64,000 bases of DNA from an uncultured Bacillales bacterium (GCA_902477075.1 CABSFU010000003.1:34277-98276); one strand, 5' to 3'. Positions 19,068-30,205 are shown, counted from the stretch's first letter. Notes: generated by a model not told the origin, from the letters alone. Numbers and translations are program-made.

Positions 19068-19490
19068 TTAAAATTTAATAATTTGATCTTTTACTAGATA
19101 CAAATCTTCTAAATTTTTGATATCGTCTAATTTTATATTCAAATTATTTAAAATATCGCTTATTTTTTCTTGCTCATTTGTTACATATATTTTACTATTC
19201 GGAATCATAATTTTTTGATCAGGATAAATATAATCATTTTCATCTAATCCATTAATTTTTAGTAATGTTGGATAATCTACTTGGTAGGCTCTTGCAATTG
19301 CATATAAATTATCCCCTTGTTTTACAATATAAGTTGTATAGTCTGATGATTCTGTATTTGGAATAATAATATAACTTCCTGGAATAACACTTTGAATTCC
19401 ATTCAATTTTTCTAATGCTTCAATTGTGGTATTAAATTTTGCAGCAATATCATTTAAAGTTTCATTTCCAACTTGATAAATTTTATACAT
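19068..19490 (-). CDS. LysM-domain protein (two LysM repeats)
   Basis: YQVGNETLNDIAAKFNTTIEALEKLNG and YIVKQGDNLYAIARAYQVDYPTLLKINGL. Confidence 0.8.
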   Translation of the reverse strand: MYKIYQVGNETLNDIAAKFNTTIEALEKLNGIQSVIPGSYIIIPNTESSDYTTYIVKQGDNLYAIARAYQVDYPTLLKINGLDENDYIYPDQKIMIPNSKIYVTNEQEKISDILNNLNIKLDDIKNLEDLYLVKDQIIKF

Positions 19491-19621
19491 ATTTCACCTT
19501 CCAAAACATTATATGCATTTTAAAATAGTTGTTTACCATTAATAGACATATTTTGTGTTTATTTTAAGTCTATATCATAGCAGTTACATTTTGGTATGAT
19601 AATATCGTAGGAGGTAGTACC

Positions 19622-19804
19622 ATGAAGCCAACAATATATTATACACTGAGAATCAATGAAGTGCTTCATAGCAAACTAAAGTATATTGCTAAGGAAGAAA
19701 TGCGTTCCTTTAATAGTGAGCTTGAATTTATCATAAAACAATACATAAAAGAATATGAAAAGAAGCATGGAGAAATCGAAGTAATTGATGTAGGAATAAA
19801 ATAG
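19622..19804 (+). CDS. Small Arc/ribbon-helix-helix-like DNA-binding protein
   Basis: 60 aa; the pattern YTLRINEVLHSKLKYIAKEEMRSFNSELEFII fits RHH. GGAGG RBS. Confidence 0.45.
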   Translation: MKPTIYYTLRINEVLHSKLKYIAKEEMRSFNSELEFIIKQYIKEYEKKHGEIEVIDVGIK

Positions 19805-19806
19805 GA

Positions 19807-21057
19807 CTATTTTGAAAATAGCCCTATTTTTATATTGTGATTAAATTCTAATTCTTTGTTCATTAAAACAGTTTGAATTCCGTTTTGATTGTCATATTTT
19901 TTTAAATATGGTCCATCTATAAAGTAAACGCTGTCTTTATCATAAAGCATTTCTTTTGAATCTGTTTCAAATAAGTATAATTTGTTAAGACCATTTTGAA
20001 TATTAGAACGATATACTTTATAACGATTTCCGATTTGTTCAAAAAGATAATAATAACCACTTTTTTCTTTTCCAATTTTTAGATTATCAATATTTGGAAA
20101 TAAATCTGATTTTTCATATGGAGTAAACACCATTTTATTTTGATATACTTGATAAGCATCTACTGTTTCAAAGGTTTCTCCTACTAATATTTTAATACCT
20201 ATATTGGTATTACCAATTTCTATGATTGTTTCTTTTTTGATATCCAATTCATATTCTTTTTTAGCATCATTATCAAATAAGTAAACTTTTTCGCCTTTTG
20301 TACCTAAAATGTAAGAATCTAAAGAAATATCATAATCATAAGAAATTGTCTTGATTTTATTATTTGTTATATCTACTATTTTAAATTCATTAAATTTAGT
20401 CTGTTTAGAATAATCAGCTACCACATAGTATTTTCCTGCAAAACAAGAAATATTTTTCTGATAAACATCTTTTTCAAAAAGAGAGACATTAATAATAGTA
20501 GATAAATTTTTATTATTTATAGTATAAATTCCTTTATAATTTTCCATTGCTAAATAATGATTATTGGTTAAATTATAAATGGAAATATTATTTAAACTAT
20601 TTATTTCTTGCTTTTGATCTTCAAATCGACTTTGATTATACTCTTCTATACTACTTACAAATAAATCTAAAGAACTACTTTTTCCTTTTAAATCTTGATA
20701 AGCATAATAGGTATTTTCTTGTTTACAAATCATGTCTGTTACAGAAGAACCTTCTATAATTGGAAGGACACATTCATAATCTCTACTATAATGGTAAACA
20801 TTTGTCACAATTTTTTTTGCCATGTTTAATTTATTATAAATTTGAAAATCAAAGATTTGTCCATTTACCATTACTTCTAGATAATAATTATCATCTTCTT
20901 CTGTATTGACGGTGAAAACTTCTTTTATATCAAAATTTTCTCCATTACTAGTAACTATATAATCAATTGTGTGTCCTTTATCTATAAATTGAAATAAAAT
21001 CTGAATTCCTGCATAAATAAAACATAGAACGATTAGCAATCCTGCCATTCTTCTCAT
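19807..21057 (-). CDS. Membrane-anchored hypothetical protein
   Basis: N-terminal TM and a large beta-rich extracytoplasmic region. No motif recognised. Confidence 0.55.
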   Translation of the reverse strand: MRRMAGLLIVLCFIYAGIQILFQFIDKGHTIDYIVTSNGENFDIKEVFTVNTEEDDNYYLEVMVNGQIFDFQIYNKLNMAKKIVTNVYHYSRDYECVLPIIEGSSVTDMICKQENTYYAYQDLKGKSSSLDLFVSSIEEYNQSRFEDQKQEINSLNNISIYNLTNNHYLAMENYKGIYTINNKNLSTIINVSLFEKDVYQKNISCFAGKYYVVADYSKQTKFNEFKIVDITNNKIKTISYDYDISLDSYILGTKGEKVYLFDNDAKKEYELDIKKETIIEIGNTNIGIKILVGETFETVDAYQVYQNKMVFTPYEKSDLFPNIDNLKIGKEKSGYYYLFEQIGNRYKVYRSNIQNGLNKLYLFETDSKEMLYDKDSVYFIDGPYLKKYDNQNGIQTVLMNKELEFNHNIKIGLFSK

Positions 21058-21091
21058 AGTATCACCTACTTTAATAGTATCATTTTATTTT

Positions 21092-22330
21092 CTATTTTTC
21101 AATTATTGTTTTTAAATATACAGCTTCTAAAAACATTTTTGGAAAAAGTAAAATAATTCCATATAACTTTTTCTTATTTTTGCTATCTAATAAATCATAT
21201 ATATATTTTATTGTTTCTTTTTGATTTAATAATTTTTTTATTTTGTTTTGTAAAATAAATGTTTCAATTGTTTGGTCTTTTTCTACTTTTAAAAACTCTT
21301 CTTTTAAAAGTTTATTGTATTTTGCAATAGGGTAAATTTTACTATCTTCTATTTCTAATATTTCTCCTAAATTTTCTATAATATTGGTATATTCTTTTTT
21401 CATTTCATTAGGTGATAATATTCTTTTAACAATGGTCAATTTTAAAATACTATCTAGTAATGTTTGATTTGCTTTACTAGTTAAAATTTTTTTTATGTTT
21501 TGTTGATATTGTTCTTTATATTTTTGATAGTTTTTCTCTAAATCATTTTTTTTAAAGGTATACTTAACACCATCTAAATAATCCATTACCTTTAAAGTAT
21601 CATTATAACCTAATCGCATTGCTCTACGAGACATATTTTTTTCAAAGATTAGAAAAGATCCAATATCATTTCTAGGTTCTATATAAGTAATTGGAATATT
21701 TTTATTTTTTACTTTTTGTTTAAAGCCAACTTCTTTTAAATCAATGGCAATTACTTCTGTGGCACCCAAATCAATGGCTAAATTAATAGGAAGATTGTCA
21801 TAAATACCACCATCAATATAATTTTCTTCTTCAATTGTTTTCATTTTAAAAGCAGGAAAACAAGAAGCACTCGCTAATAAATAGTCACATAAATTATTCT
21901 CATTTAAGTCTTTCTTTTTGACAATTTTTGGTTTTAAAGTTTTCATATTAAAAGTAACAATTCCCATATCAACATTAGATTTTAAAACTTTTTTAGGTTG
22001 AATGACCTGACGAATGGTATCTTCTAATCCTTTTACTTCTATTCCACCATTTAAAGCACCTTTAGCGTACCATTTTAAAATCTCTTTTTTCCCTTCTTTT
22101 GTGTGATAATCTTGTTTTAAATCCTCATTAAAAATCATTTTTGAATTTAAATTATACCAAAAGAAAAGTCCCTTATAAAATGTTTTTTGAACCATGAGTG
22201 CTGCATTTAAAGCTCCTACACTAGTTCCTGTAACGATGTCATAATGAATGTTTAGTTTTTTTAAGGCTGCCCATACTCCCATTTGATAAGCTCCTTTTGA
22301 TCCTCCACCAGATAATACAATTGCTCTCAT
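21092..22330 (-). CDS. Patatin-like phospholipase
   Basis: GGGSKG oxyanion motif, GTSVG nucleophile elbow, and DGG. ATG at 22330 follows GAGGGA. Confidence 0.85.
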   Translation of the reverse strand: MRAIVLSGGGSKGAYQMGVWAALKKLNIHYDIVTGTSVGALNAALMVQKTFYKGLFFWYNLNSKMIFNEDLKQDYHTKEGKKEILKWYAKGALNGGIEVKGLEDTIRQVIQPKKVLKSNVDMGIVTFNMKTLKPKIVKKKDLNENNLCDYLLASASCFPAFKMKTIEEENYIDGGIYDNLPINLAIDLGATEVIAIDLKEVGFKQKVKNKNIPITYIEPRNDIGSFLIFEKNMSRRAMRLGYNDTLKVMDYLDGVKYTFKKNDLEKNYQKYKEQYQQNIKKILTSKANQTLLDSILKLTIVKRILSPNEMKKEYTNIIENLGEILEIEDSKIYPIAKYNKLLKEEFLKVEKDQTIETFILQNKIKKLLNQKETIKYIYDLLDSKNKKKLYGIILLFPKMFLEAVYLKTIIEK

Positions 22331-22420
22331 ATCATCCCTCATCTTTCACTTATTAGTATATCATAATTTTTTTGAATTTTTTCTTTTTTTCTTTTCCGGC
22401 AGCATGTATAATAAAGAAAG

Positions 22421-23458
22421 GTGATAGATGTGAAATTTCCTGTAAATGAATTATTAGATTGGTATCAAAAAAATTACCGAATGTTGCCATGGAGAAGAGA
22501 TCAAAATCCTTATCATGTTTGGATTTCAGAAATTATGTTACAACAAACTAGAATTGAAGCGGTTATCCAATATTACAATCGATTTATGGAACAAGTGCCA
22601 ACCATTCATGATTTAGCTACCATCTCAGAGGAAAAATTGTTAAAATTATGGGAAGGATTGGGTTATTATAATAGAGCCCATCATTTAAAAAAGGCTGCCA
22701 TGATGATAGAACAAAATTATAATGGTATTTTTCCAAATACGTATGAAGATATTTTTTCTTTGCCTGGAATTGGTGAATATACAGCAAGTGCCATTGCTTC
22801 TATTTGTTTTTCTTTAAAAGAAGTAACCGTAGATGGTAATGTTCTTCGTGTTTATATGAGATATTTTGGAAAAAAAGATTGTGTAGATGATTTAAAAGTG
22901 AAAAAACAAGTGCGAAATGAACTCATGAAAATCATTCCAGAAAAAAGTGGTGATTTTAATCAAGGTTTAATGGAACTTGGTGAAACAATTTGTCTACCTA
23001 ATGGAACACCAAAGTGTGAAAATTGTCCTATTTCTATGGAATGTGCGACTAGGAAAAGAAAAATTTGGGATAGTATTCCTGTAAAAAAGGACAAAAAGCA
23101 AAAAAAGATAGAAAATTATACTGTTTTATTATTTTTTTATGGTGGAAAAATAGCTGTAAAAAAAAGAAAGAGTACCGGTATCTTGAAAAATCTATATGAA
23201 TTTCCTAATATAGAAAAGAAAAATTTAAATGAACTTAAAGAATATTTGAAAGAAGAAAATATCTCTTATGATCAAATCAAAATTGGCCCTAATTATACTC
23301 ATATTTTTACTCATAGAAAATGGAATATGAATAGTTATGTTATTATATTAAAAGAACCTATTTCTTTTCCATTTTTTACAATAGAGGAAATCGAAAATGA
23401 ATTTGCCATTCCTACTGCTTTTAAACCATGCTTAGAATGGGTAAAAAAAGAGTATTGA
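22421..23458 (+). CDS. mutY: A/G-specific adenine DNA glycosylase
   Basis: LPWRRDQNPYHVWISEIMLQQTR, HhH-GPD region, Fe-S cluster CX6CX2CX5C (CLPNGTPKCENCPISMEC), and a NUDIX-like C-terminus. GTG start; an alternative GTG lies at 22430. Confidence 0.9.
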   Translation: MIDVKFPVNELLDWYQKNYRMLPWRRDQNPYHVWISEIMLQQTRIEAVIQYYNRFMEQVPTIHDLATISEEKLLKLWEGLGYYNRAHHLKKAAMMIEQNYNGIFPNTYEDIFSLPGIGEYTASAIASICFSLKEVTVDGNVLRVYMRYFGKKDCVDDLKVKKQVRNELMKIIPEKSGDFNQGLMELGETICLPNGTPKCENCPISMECATRKRKIWDSIPVKKDKKQKKIENYTVLLFFYGGKIAVKKRKSTGILKNLYEFPNIEKKNLNELKEYLKEENISYDQIKIGPNYTHIFTHRKWNMNSYVIILKEPISFPFFTIEEIENEFAIPTAFKPCLEWVKKEY

Positions 23459-23485
23459 ACTTTATCAACACTCTAAGGAAAGTAT

Positions 23486-24394
23486 TTAACTTAGTACTTT
23501 CTTTTTTTGTTCTTCTATTTTTAGTCCTGGAATATTTCCTAGTATTACTAAGCCGTTTTGAACCATATTTGCTATTTCGTTTAGTGTATATTTTTGAAAT
23601 TTTTGTAAATCCTCAGAAAATAGATAAATAAAGTTCTCTTTACCCTCTAAAATTATGCATAAAGAATATGATTTTAAACCTTCGCCCATATAGTAGCTGT
23701 CCATCCATGCAATATGATTTTTTTCTTTTTGGGTGAAAAATTTTGATAAAAAACGTATATAATAATATTTTCTTTCTAGGTAATTTACTTTTTTCATATT
23801 CGTATAAGCATTTATATTAGATAAAACAAATTCTAACTTTTGTTCTAAATTATCCACTTTTGTTAATGACTTTTCTAGTAAATAATAATATTCCTCTGTA
23901 TATCTATTATCTTCACTAATGTAGTTAACTTTTAAATCTAATTGCTCTAGTTTTTCTTCTGAAAAAAAGCCTTTCCCAAAATATCTTGTTTTTTGATGGG
24001 CCTGAATATTTTCTAAATCGTGTTGTAAATCTACCTCAAATTTCGTTCCATCTGTTAAATAAATCATATTTGTTACATGGCGGTAGTATACTATATCACC
24101 ATAATCTACAATTGACTTTGTCTTAATATTTAATTTTGTTAGAATGTACTCTAGAAGGTAGGCAATTGACTTACAAATACCAATTCCACTTTTTAAAGCA
24201 TTAGCCAATTTTTCTTCTTTCGATTCACATTCTTTATAAATTTTTCTTTTGTTCTTCTCATTTCCATAATAAAATAAAAGATCAAAAGACATTATTTTAC
24301 CCAAATCTAAATACACATATCTAACTTTTTCTAATTCTGTAAATTCTTTTGTTTGTATCAATAATTTATTTATATAGTTATCTAAATAATCCAT
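23486..24394 (-). CDS. Hypothetical protein (possible transglutaminase-like Cys protease fold)
   Basis: The GIGICKSIAYLLEYIL segment resembles the Cys motif of transglutaminase-like proteins. The evidence is weak. Confidence 0.4.
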   Translation of the reverse strand: MDYLDNYINKLLIQTKEFTELEKVRYVYLDLGKIMSFDLLFYYGNEKNKRKIYKECESKEEKLANALKSGIGICKSIAYLLEYILTKLNIKTKSIVDYGDIVYYRHVTNMIYLTDGTKFEVDLQHDLENIQAHQKTRYFGKGFFSEEKLEQLDLKVNYISEDNRYTEEYYYLLEKSLTKVDNLEQKLEFVLSNINAYTNMKKVNYLERKYYYIRFLSKFFTQKEKNHIAWMDSYYMGEGLKSYSLCIILEGKENFIYLFSEDLQKFQKYTLNEIANMVQNGLVILGNIPGLKIEEQKKKVLS

Positions 24395-24434
24395 ATGAAG
24401 CCTCTTTTCGAAAAAAAATAGATTTTCATCTATT

Positions 24435-24872
24435 CTACAAGTATTCTTTTAAAATTTCAATATTTTCATTTTGAAATTTCAAAAAATTTTGAGCTAGTTT
24501 TAAAATATCTTTTTCCGCATCATCTTTGTAAGCATCTATTTTTTTATTCATATCAATGGTTCCCATTGTAAATCTTTTTGTTAAAATATCTGTTATTTTA
24601 GCATCACTGTTGTCTTTCATTACTTCAAAATTTAATTTCATGGTTGACATTGTTTTTGCCATCATACTAGCATCCATAATTTCTGCTTTATACTTTTTTA
24701 ATAATTTTTCACTATCTTTTTGGAACTGTTCATATCCTTTTAACTCTGTTTCTACTATTTTTTTTATTATGTTATCTTTATTATTTAATTTTCTTATTAG
24801 TGTTGTTAAACTGGTAATCCCCATCTGACTATCTTCGTGAATATAATTTAATAATTCTATATTTTCGTTCAT
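24435..24872 (-). CDS. Hypothetical helical protein
   Basis: 145-aa ORF with an RBS. No motif recognised. Confidence 0.5.
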   Translation of the reverse strand: MNENIELLNYIHEDSQMGITSLTTLIRKLNNKDNIIKKIVETELKGYEQFQKDSEKLLKKYKAEIMDASMMAKTMSTMKLNFEVMKDNSDAKITDILTKRFTMGTIDMNKKIDAYKDDAEKDILKLAQNFLKFQNENIEILKEYL

Positions 24873-24985
24873 ATTATTTCCTCCTATTATAATTTGGTTC
24901 GTTTTTTTAGTTATTCATATTTTTTAAGTAATCTTTTTTTACTAATTTTAAATTTTTTTATGATATAATTTTTTTGGTGATTTTA

Positions 24986-26167
24986 ATGAAAAAAAACATT
25001 CTATTTATTAATATACATACTTTCTTATCGACCTTTATCTTATTTTATACATGTGATACTCTTTTTTATGTAGAAAGGGGTTTATCTTCTAGTCAATATA
25101 TTAGTTTTGTTGGTATTGCTTTTTTTATAAAACTTCTCTTTGAAATACCATTTGGTATTATAGCGGATAAATCTAACAAAAAAATTTTGCTTTTAATCAG
25201 TAACTTATTATTTATATTATCTACTACTATTTTTATTCACTCCTACAATTATTCTACATTTTTATTGGCGATTATAGTTAATGCAATGAATAACTCTCTT
25301 AGCTCCGGAATAGTACATTCTTTGTTATATGAAAATACTAAAGACAAAGTAAAATTTAATAAATATTTATTTTATAACTCTCTTTTTTATAATATATCTT
25401 ATATGATTGCCATGATAGTAGGTGGATTTGTTGCCCAAAAGTTTGGACTAATATACACTTATTATATTACTTATATACCTTTTATCATTGACTCTTTCAT
25501 TTTGTTTATGATTAAAACAAATAAATCTACCAACCATAAAGAAGTAGATAGCAATTTCTCTATTTTAAAAAATGGCATTCATGAAATTCAGCAAAATTCC
25601 TATATGTTAAATCTTATTTTGATCAATTCTATTATGGCATCAGGTATCAAACTTGTAGAAGAAAGTCATCCAGAATATTCCTCTAATATTGGTATATCTG
25701 TATTTATAATTGGTATTTACACGGCTTTTATGCTCATATTTTGTATCATAGGTAGTTATATAGGAAGTATAATTAAATCTAAAAATTACAAATTACTATT
25801 AAGTATAAATCCCATCCTTTCTGGAATATGCATATTACTCGTTGGATTGTTGAATAATTATGTTGGCATATTCTTTATTTTATTCATTTATATTTTTTCT
25901 GAAAGTTTTAATATTATTATGACATCAGAAATTCACAACAAAATTTCTTCTAAATCTAGAGTTACAATCGAGTCTATCAATCAATTTATTTTAGGAATAT
26001 TTGGTTTATGTTTTAGTTTTATAATGTCATTTTTACTAAACTATATACCATTATATTCCATGTATATTCTTGTTGGTATTACTATAATTTTATCTGGAAT
26101 AGTCAATGATTTTTTATTGCATAGAAATGAAAAAAGAGATGGTTCTAAAATAATGAATAAATGCTAG
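24986..26167 (+). CDS. MFS-type transporter
   Basis: About 12 hydrophobic segments. GIIADKSNKK sits in the loop 2-3 position. ATG at 24986 follows GGTGA. Confidence 0.7.
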   Translation: MKKNILFINIHTFLSTFILFYTCDTLFYVERGLSSSQYISFVGIAFFIKLLFEIPFGIIADKSNKKILLLISNLLFILSTTIFIHSYNYSTFLLAIIVNAMNNSLSSGIVHSLLYENTKDKVKFNKYLFYNSLFYNISYMIAMIVGGFVAQKFGLIYTYYITYIPFIIDSFILFMIKTNKSTNHKEVDSNFSILKNGIHEIQQNSYMLNLILINSIMASGIKLVEESHPEYSSNIGISVFIIGIYTAFMLIFCIIGSYIGSIIKSKNYKLLLSINPILSGICILLVGLLNNYVGIFFILFIYIFSESFNIIMTSEIHNKISSKSRVTIESINQFILGIFGLCFSFIMSFLLNYIPLYSMYILVGITIILSGIVNDFLLHRNEKRDGSKIMNKC

Positions 26168-26241
26168 AATTTTATTTCTAAAAAAATTTGACAATTTGCT
26201 ATTTTTAATATAAACTACTTTCCTAGAAATGGGGAATAAAT

Positions 26242-26871
26242 ATGATAGATTTTAAAAGTAATTTGAAAGAAGAGATAAAGAAAACAACTTCTTATGATAA
26301 ACCATTCATTGTAACTTTCTCTGGATTGCCAGAATGTGGAAAAACAGAAATTGCTAGGGAACTATCAAAAGATTTAAAAATTTATTTATTGAGTAATGAT
26401 TATGTAAGAAATTATTTTTATCAATTTACAACTAATTATAGTGAAGAAAATAGAATAAAAATTGAAGAACAAGTTAAAAAAATCAATTTATATCGTATCA
26501 AAAAACTATTATTAACTGGTACTTCATTCGTATATGATAAAGATTTTAATACCGCAGAACAATTTAAATTTTTACAAATTGCTAGAAGAATTAGAAATAT
26601 GGATTTGATTAAAATTAAGGTAAATTCTAATGATTCAGATAATTTAAAGAGGGTTGCTTCTAGAGTAATGAATTATGACAAAATTTATAATGGAGTTATT
26701 GGAGATAATGTGGAATATTTAAGTTCTTATCCAGAAGAAGTGTATTACCAAATCAAAAATAGAAAACCACAAATTTTACCAGATGAATTTTTTGATTATA
26801 TTGTGGATAGTGAAAATCTAGATACTAAAACTCTAGAAAAGAGAATTTTATTTAATAGACAAAGGAAATAA
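26242..26871 (+). CDS. P-loop kinase-like protein (AAA_33/zeta-toxin-like fold)
   Basis: Walker A FSGLPECGKTEIA at the N-terminus. Size is typical of small nucleotide or metabolite kinases. Confidence 0.55.
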   Translation: MIDFKSNLKEEIKKTTSYDKPFIVTFSGLPECGKTEIARELSKDLKIYLLSNDYVRNYFYQFTTNYSEENRIKIEEQVKKINLYRIKKLLLTGTSFVYDKDFNTAEQFKFLQIARRIRNMDLIKIKVNSNDSDNLKRVASRVMNYDKIYNGVIGDNVEYLSSYPEEVYYQIKNRKPQILPDEFFDYIVDSENLDTKTLEKRILFNRQRK

Positions 26872-26912
26872 ATTCAATCTACAAATTATCGTTTTTAATT
26901 TTAAAAGACTTC

Positions 26913-26947
26913 ACAAATAAGTTTATAAATGGCTTATTTGTTTTTTT
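26913..26947 (+). terminator. Intrinsic terminator
   Basis: ACAAATAAG pairs with CTTATTTGT (9-bp stem), followed by a T7 run. Confidence 0.6.
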
Positions 26948-27054
26948 ATCATTTAAAATTATAGAAATTTAGATAAAATTATGATATCATATAGTTCAAT
27001 TAAGAGAGGTTTTAATATATAAAAATAATTACTAGCAATTCGGCTTTTGTACAA

Positions 27055-27531
27055 ATGAATGATCTTGCTTATTTGAATCAAAGCGGTTTAGAAATTCCTG
27101 CATCTATCTTTCTGAAAATCTTTGATAGTGGCATTGTTATTATTGACGATAGAAATAGATATCATTTTATAGAGTTTAAAGAACCAAAAGAAATTGAATT
27201 TTTTAAAACTATTGATTGGATGATAGATTATAATAAAGTAAAAGAGCTATCAGAAAAAGAAATTATAGAACTAGCGCAAAGTATTGCAGAAGAACGAAAT
27301 GATATTGCACAAAAATTTAATTCTATGACACAAGAGCAAAGAAAAAAGGATATGAATATGATATCTCAATGTGAATTACTTGATTTTAAATTTTATTCAT
27401 TAGGAGATTTTTTATGGTTTAAGCAAGGTCACATCAAAATGACGTTTTCTGAAAGAATTGAGTTACCAACCGAATTAAGTAAAGAAAAAGGTGTTAAAAA
27501 GTTAGTTAGAGATATACTTAATAGAAAATAA
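27055..27531 (+). CDS. Hypothetical protein
   Basis: 158-aa ORF. RBS is weak. No motif recognised. Confidence 0.4.
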   Translation: MNDLAYLNQSGLEIPASIFLKIFDSGIVIIDDRNRYHFIEFKEPKEIEFFKTIDWMIDYNKVKELSEKEIIELAQSIAEERNDIAQKFNSMTQEQRKKDMNMISQCELLDFKFYSLGDFLWFKQGHIKMTFSERIELPTELSKEKGVKKLVRDILNRK

Positions 27532-27690
27532 AATTTTTGACATTCATAACATTTTTCTTTCTAATTTATCAAAAAACTACTTTCAATTTGAGAGTAGTTT
27601 TTATATTATCTCGAAAAGTTCGAGTATCAATCAATCTGGTGCAATTATAGTAAATATCTACAACTTTTTTTCTATATATAACAATTACTA

Positions 27691-28554
27691 CTAAATAAAA
27701 TAAATTCCTGTTATTGAAATCATACCAAGTAATATCGCAATTACTTTTTTCAAGTTCATTTTATCTGTCTTAAACACTGCTGATAATATAACTAATAAAA
27801 ACACTCTAATTTCTTGAATAATATTAACTATAATTGGAGTTTCATAAATATACCCAATAGTCCCAAATATATAATAAATGGCCTCAAAAAAGCCAATCAA
27901 AACTACTAAAATGTAAAAACTCTTATTACTATTTTCTTTTGCTGGGGCATCTGTTTTTTTACTTTGAAAAAGGAAAAATGGAATTGCAAAAACACTATAA
28001 CCAAAGTTAATAGCCACTTCATTAGCACCTAGTACATTAGCGTATTTTACTATATATGGTTCAATTCCATAAAATAAAACAGATAATAATATAAAAACAA
28101 CACCTATAAATCTTATTTTCTTAAACTTTATTTCATCTTTAACTCTATTTGTTTCGATGCTAAACCATAAAATAGAAATAATAAACAATATGAATAAAAA
28201 TATAAATTTTGATGTTAAAATTAAATTTCCAAATAATATATCAATTATTAAAATTATAAATAAATCTAAGTTTTCAAGTAAAGCAGCAAGTCCTATTGGT
28301 ATATTCTTTAATGCATTAACATAACATAAATAACCTAATAATACAATCAAACCATAAATTAAAATAATAGGAATTGCTTGAACAGTTATAGAAATACCAA
28401 CATAAAATGCATATAAAACTTGAAAAATGAATGAAATTATACTTGTATATAATAATACTTTATAAACAGAATATTTATTTACAGCAATATCTAAATTAAA
28501 ATCACAAAATGAATTAAAAATAGAAGAAATTACTGCTGTTACCCTCTTATTCAT
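27691..28554 (-). CDS. EamA/DMT-family transporter
   Basis: About 10 TM segments with a two-half repeat organisation. Confidence 0.65.
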   Translation of the reverse strand: MNKRVTAVISSIFNSFCDFNLDIAVNKYSVYKVLLYTSIISFIFQVLYAFYVGISITVQAIPIILIYGLIVLLGYLCYVNALKNIPIGLAALLENLDLFIILIIDILFGNLILTSKFIFLFILFIISILWFSIETNRVKDEIKFKKIRFIGVVFILLSVLFYGIEPYIVKYANVLGANEVAINFGYSVFAIPFFLFQSKKTDAPAKENSNKSFYILVVLIGFFEAIYYIFGTIGYIYETPIIVNIIQEIRVFLLVILSAVFKTDKMNLKKVIAILLGMISITGIYFI

Positions 28555-28724
28555 ATACTACCTCCATGAATAAATTATATAATCATTATACCAAATTTAG
28601 ATAACTATTTAACCTCCTAGGTATTTTGATGCAAGTATCAAAATATGGGCTGAAAAAGAAAAAAACAATCATTTTCAGATTATTAATGTATATGAAGTTC
28701 GAATAGTTCGAACAGATTCGTCAA

Positions 28725-28809
28725 TGGTGCTTGTGGAGGGAATCGAACCCTCACAACATAAGTTACACGATTTTGAGTCGTGCGCGTCTACCAATTCCGC
28801 CACACAAGC
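28725..28809 (-). tRNA. tRNA-Leu (anticodon CAA) with encoded CCA
   Basis: The reverse complement folds as a cloverleaf. Acceptor stem is GCTTGTG/CACAAGC. Anticodon arm is CACGA-CTCAAAA-TCGTG. It has a long variable arm and T-arm GAGGG-TTCGATT-CCCTC. Length is 85 nt. Confidence 0.9.
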
Positions 28810-28843
28810 ATTAAAAAGATTATATCAAAAAATAATAATATAA

Positions 28844-29413
28844 TCAATTCATTTCTTTGTATTTTGATTCAAATAAATTAGTTTCTGTTTCTTCTACTTG
28901 TTTTTCTTCTATAACTGGTAACTCAGAAGTATTTTCAATACCAAAATAATCCAAAAAGTCTTTTGTTACCTGATATAAATGAGGTCTTCCCGGAAGAGAA
29001 GCAACTCCAATATCCTCTACTAAATTTCTAGAAATTAACTTACGAATCATATGACTACTATTAATTCCTCTAATCTCATCAACATTCATTCTAGTAATTG
29101 GTCCATTATAAGCAATAATAGCTAATGTTTCTAGACAAGCTTGGCTTAAAATGTTTTCATCCTCTATTTCTACCAATTTTTTATAATAAGAACGATGTTC
29201 TTCTTTTGTAGTAATTTTGTAATAATTTCCAAACTTCACCAATCGAAGCCCACTACTTTTTTCTTGGTATTTTTGATTCAATTTATCTAATATCTCATTA
29301 AATTTTTCATCTTCTACCCCTAAAATATCTTTAATTTTATCTATTGAAATTCCATCTTCACCACTTAAAAATAGCAAACCTTCTAATACCCCTACTAATT
29401 CCAAATTACTCAC
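28844..29413 (-). CDS. scpB: Segregation and condensation protein B
   Basis: LEGLLFLSGEDGISI N-terminus, a tandem wHTH pattern, and an overlap with scpA. Confidence 0.9.
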   Translation of the reverse strand: MSNLELVGVLEGLLFLSGEDGISIDKIKDILGVEDEKFNEILDKLNQKYQEKSSGLRLVKFGNYYKITTKEEHRSYYKKLVEIEDENILSQACLETLAIIAYNGPITRMNVDEIRGINSSHMIRKLISRNLVEDIGVASLPGRPHLYQVTKDFLDYFGIENTSELPVIEEKQVEETETNLFESKYKEMN

Positions 29414-30128
29414 CTTCTTTTAATGAAAGAACAATCTTACTAAAATTATCATTCTGTGTAATAATTAATTCTCCTTTTTTAGCCATTGACAATATTGATA
29501 GAAATGTTACTACTACATAATCTTTTGTAACAATATCAAATAGTTCTTCAAATTCTACTTTTTTTCTTTTTTTCAAAACATCCTTAATTTCTCTACTTCT
29601 AGCACTTACAGAATATTCTTTTTTTGTGATTTTTGTGTTCAATGGTTTTTCTTCTTCTTTTCTATCTAAAAACTTTTGAAAAGCATTCATTAATAAATCC
29701 ATGGTCAAATCCCCATAATTTATTTCTTCGTTTTCTTTAAATTCTTTTAGGTTACTTGGTGATTTACTGTAAAAATGTTTTCTTTGTTCTTCTAACTCTT
29801 TTAGATCTTTTGTTACTTCTTTATACTTTTGATATTCTACCAATCTAGCAATTAAATTTTCTCTTGGATCCTCTTCATAATCATCTTCTACTACCACCTT
29901 TTTAGGTAATAAACTCATTGACTTAATTTCAATTAATTCTGCTGCTAAGGTTAAATATTCACTAGCAATATCTAAATTTAACTCTTCTGCTTTTTCTATA
30001 TATTTTAAATATTGTTCTGTAATTTCCTCTACATTAAGTTCTATAATATCAATGTTGTTTTCTTTTACCAAATGTAAAAGTAAATCCATTGGACCTTCAA
30101 AATCATTAATTGTCACTTTATATTCCAT
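29406..30128 (-). CDS. scpA: Segregation and condensation protein A (kleisin)
   Basis: FEGPMDLLLHLVKENNIDIIELNVEEITEQYL. Confidence 0.9.
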   Translation of the reverse strand: MEYKVTINDFEGPMDLLLHLVKENNIDIIELNVEEITEQYLKYIEKAEELNLDIASEYLTLAAELIEIKSMSLLPKKVVVEDDYEEDPRENLIARLVEYQKYKEVTKDLKELEEQRKHFYSKSPSNLKEFKENEEINYGDLTMDLLMNAFQKFLDRKEEEKPLNTKITKKEYSVSARSREIKDVLKKRKKVEFEELFDIVTKDYVVVTFLSILSMAKKGELIITQNDNFSKIVLSLKEGE

Positions 30129-30205
30129 AATACCACCTAAGCTTTTTTCATTATAACATAAAACTTTTCTTTGAACAAATATGATATAATAAAAATGGTG
30201 GTTAT

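Noticed and set aside
28695-28716. GTTCGAA-tag-TTCGAAC palindrome 3' of tRNA-Leu, considered as a duplicated tRNA 3'-end (att site) together with a similar motif at about 27611-27630
   Set aside because: The motif is on the wrong strand to be a copy of this tRNA's T-arm. The two copies match only about 10 of 12 nt. No integrase lies between or nearby. It is more simply a terminator hairpin.
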